A stretch of 58,728 bases of DNA from Candidatus Brocadiia bacterium (lineage in GTDB: Bacteria > Planctomycetota > Brocadiia > CAIUPP01): NCBI GenBank assembly GCA_050015075.1, contig JBEKCB010000034.1, positions 1 to 58,728 of the forward strand, read 5' to 3'. Each line of letters begins with the position of its first letter. Position 1 is the first letter of the stretch. The position numbers and the translations under genes were made by a program. The notes below the pieces were generated by a model that saw only the letters and a list, made by a program, of their open reading frames with translations, did no database searches and had not been told where the DNA came from. Positions 57,719-58,728 of the stretch are shown in pieces.

Positions 57719-57896
57719 AATCGCCGCCGGCGCGCCAGGCACAAGCCGAATTGGACCGAGTCGAGCCGGCGCGTCATGGCTCGCCGCACCGGCCATCGCA
57801 TCACCGCGCCAATCCGCCGCGCGCGCACCGCCGAGGACGTCTCGCCCACAGCGATGGCCGTCGTATCTGATCAGCAGCCCACAAGCAGAATCCGTA

Positions 57897-58349
57897 TCAG
57901 GCTTGCTTCCCTGTCATGCGGGTGATGTCAACGCGGAAGACGCACGTCTTGGCAACGGCATCATCGGGAAAAACGGACGTTCCCGAACCGTAGTGCCGCA
58001 TCAGCACGGCGAGCGCCCGGCGCTTCTCCGCAGGATCCTCGATAAAGGTCGCCCGGCCGAAGCCAATGACGCTGCGGTACTTCGTCCGGCAATTGCAGCC
58101 GGTATCCCCGACGACGATCTCCACGCCCGTGTCCACTTGGAAACACACGCGGTTGTTCCTGCGCAGGATGTCGAGCTTCTGCCCTTCGGCCGCGGAGTGG
58201 AAGTACAGCGTCCGGTTTTCGTATCCGAAGTTCATCGGGACGACGTAGGGCTGCTCATCGTCACACAGTCCGAGACGGCAGACCGTCGCCCTCAACATGA
58301 CGTCTTCCATCACGGCAGGATCCGTGATCTCTCGTTCACTTCTGCGCAT
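57897..58349 (-). CDS. Pyridoxamine 5'-phosphate oxidase-like (NimA-type) flavin-binding protein
   Basis: MRRSEREI, PYVVPMNFGY, LYFHSAAEGQK, YRSVIGFG and MTGK. Confidence 0.85.
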   Translation of the reverse strand: MRRSEREITDPAVMEDVMLRATVCRLGLCDDEQPYVVPMNFGYENRTLYFHSAAEGQKLDILRRNNRVCFQVDTGVEIVVGDTGCNCRTKYRSVIGFGRATFIEDPAEKRRALAVLMRHYGSGTSVFPDDAVAKTCVFRVDITRMTGKQA

Positions 58350-58351
58350 GG

Positions 58352-58728
58352 TCATCTCCCGCCAAACTTGAGCATTTTCCACATCCCGATATTGACGAAT
58401 CCCAGGCGATGGTAGATCGCGCCCGCCTCGGGATTGTGAAAGAACAGGCAGGCCGACTTGCCGCGCTGCTCCAGGTCGTGGACGAGGTAATAAACACAAG
58501 CGCTGGCATAGCCTTTTCGGCGGTGCCGCTCGTCGGTGCCCACCAGGATGACCATCGCGGCCGTGTCCGTCTCCGCCACGACGGACGCGCAGGAGACGAG
58601 CCTCCCCGACTCCGCATCGCGGATGATGGCCACGCGCGTTTTCCCGGCGGCAATCTCCTCGGCCAGGATCTCAACGCTCAAGCCTCCCCCGGCGAATTCC
58701 TGGAGCGACTGGATCAGGGCATAGATAT
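58352..58728 (-). CDS. GNAT acetyltransferase, partial (5' end beyond the window)
   Basis: VGTDERHRRKGYAS..LFFHNPEAGAIYHRLGF; the frame stays open to the window end. Confidence 0.8.
   Translation of the reverse strand, partial: IYALIQSLQEFAGGGLSVEILAEEIAAGKTRVAIIRDAESGRLVSCASVVAETDTAAMVILVGTDERHRRKGYASACVYYLVHDLEQRGKSACLFFHNPEAGAIYHRLGFVNIGMWKMLKFGGR

Overview
High-GC bacterial window; gene content suggests a PVC/planctomycete-like organism (inference only). Most of it is carbohydrate-scavenging metabolism: GH3, GH27, GH31 and GH99-like glycosidases, an MglBAC galactose ABC transporter, URO-D-family proteins, oxidoreductases, an enolase-family sugar-acid dehydratase and a KdgK-like kinase. 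The standout is a tightly packed 10-gene operon (38520-47782) with its own promoter and terminator. It encodes a eukaryote-like ubiquitin conjugation set: a ubiquitin-like protein with a C-terminal propeptide, an E1, a UBC-type E2 with a long Cys-rich tail, a membrane-anchored JAB protease and three membrane-bound RING-finger proteins (one fused to a trypsin protease). It also encodes an FHA membrane protein, a zinc-ribbon membrane protein and a DUF2752 protein. A second candidate system is a PqqD-like/radical SAM/SPASM enzyme next to a membrane protein ending in CACACAGCACACACAGGGR, followed by a methyltransferase. Smaller oddities include two MITE-like repeats inserted at TAG stop codons, a four-repeat ASRT-like protein, an in-frame amber codon splitting a secreted protein, a probable ACG start codon and an internally deleted SDR. 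No rRNA, tRNA or CRISPR array was recognised. All family calls come from motif recognition by eye, not from database searches.
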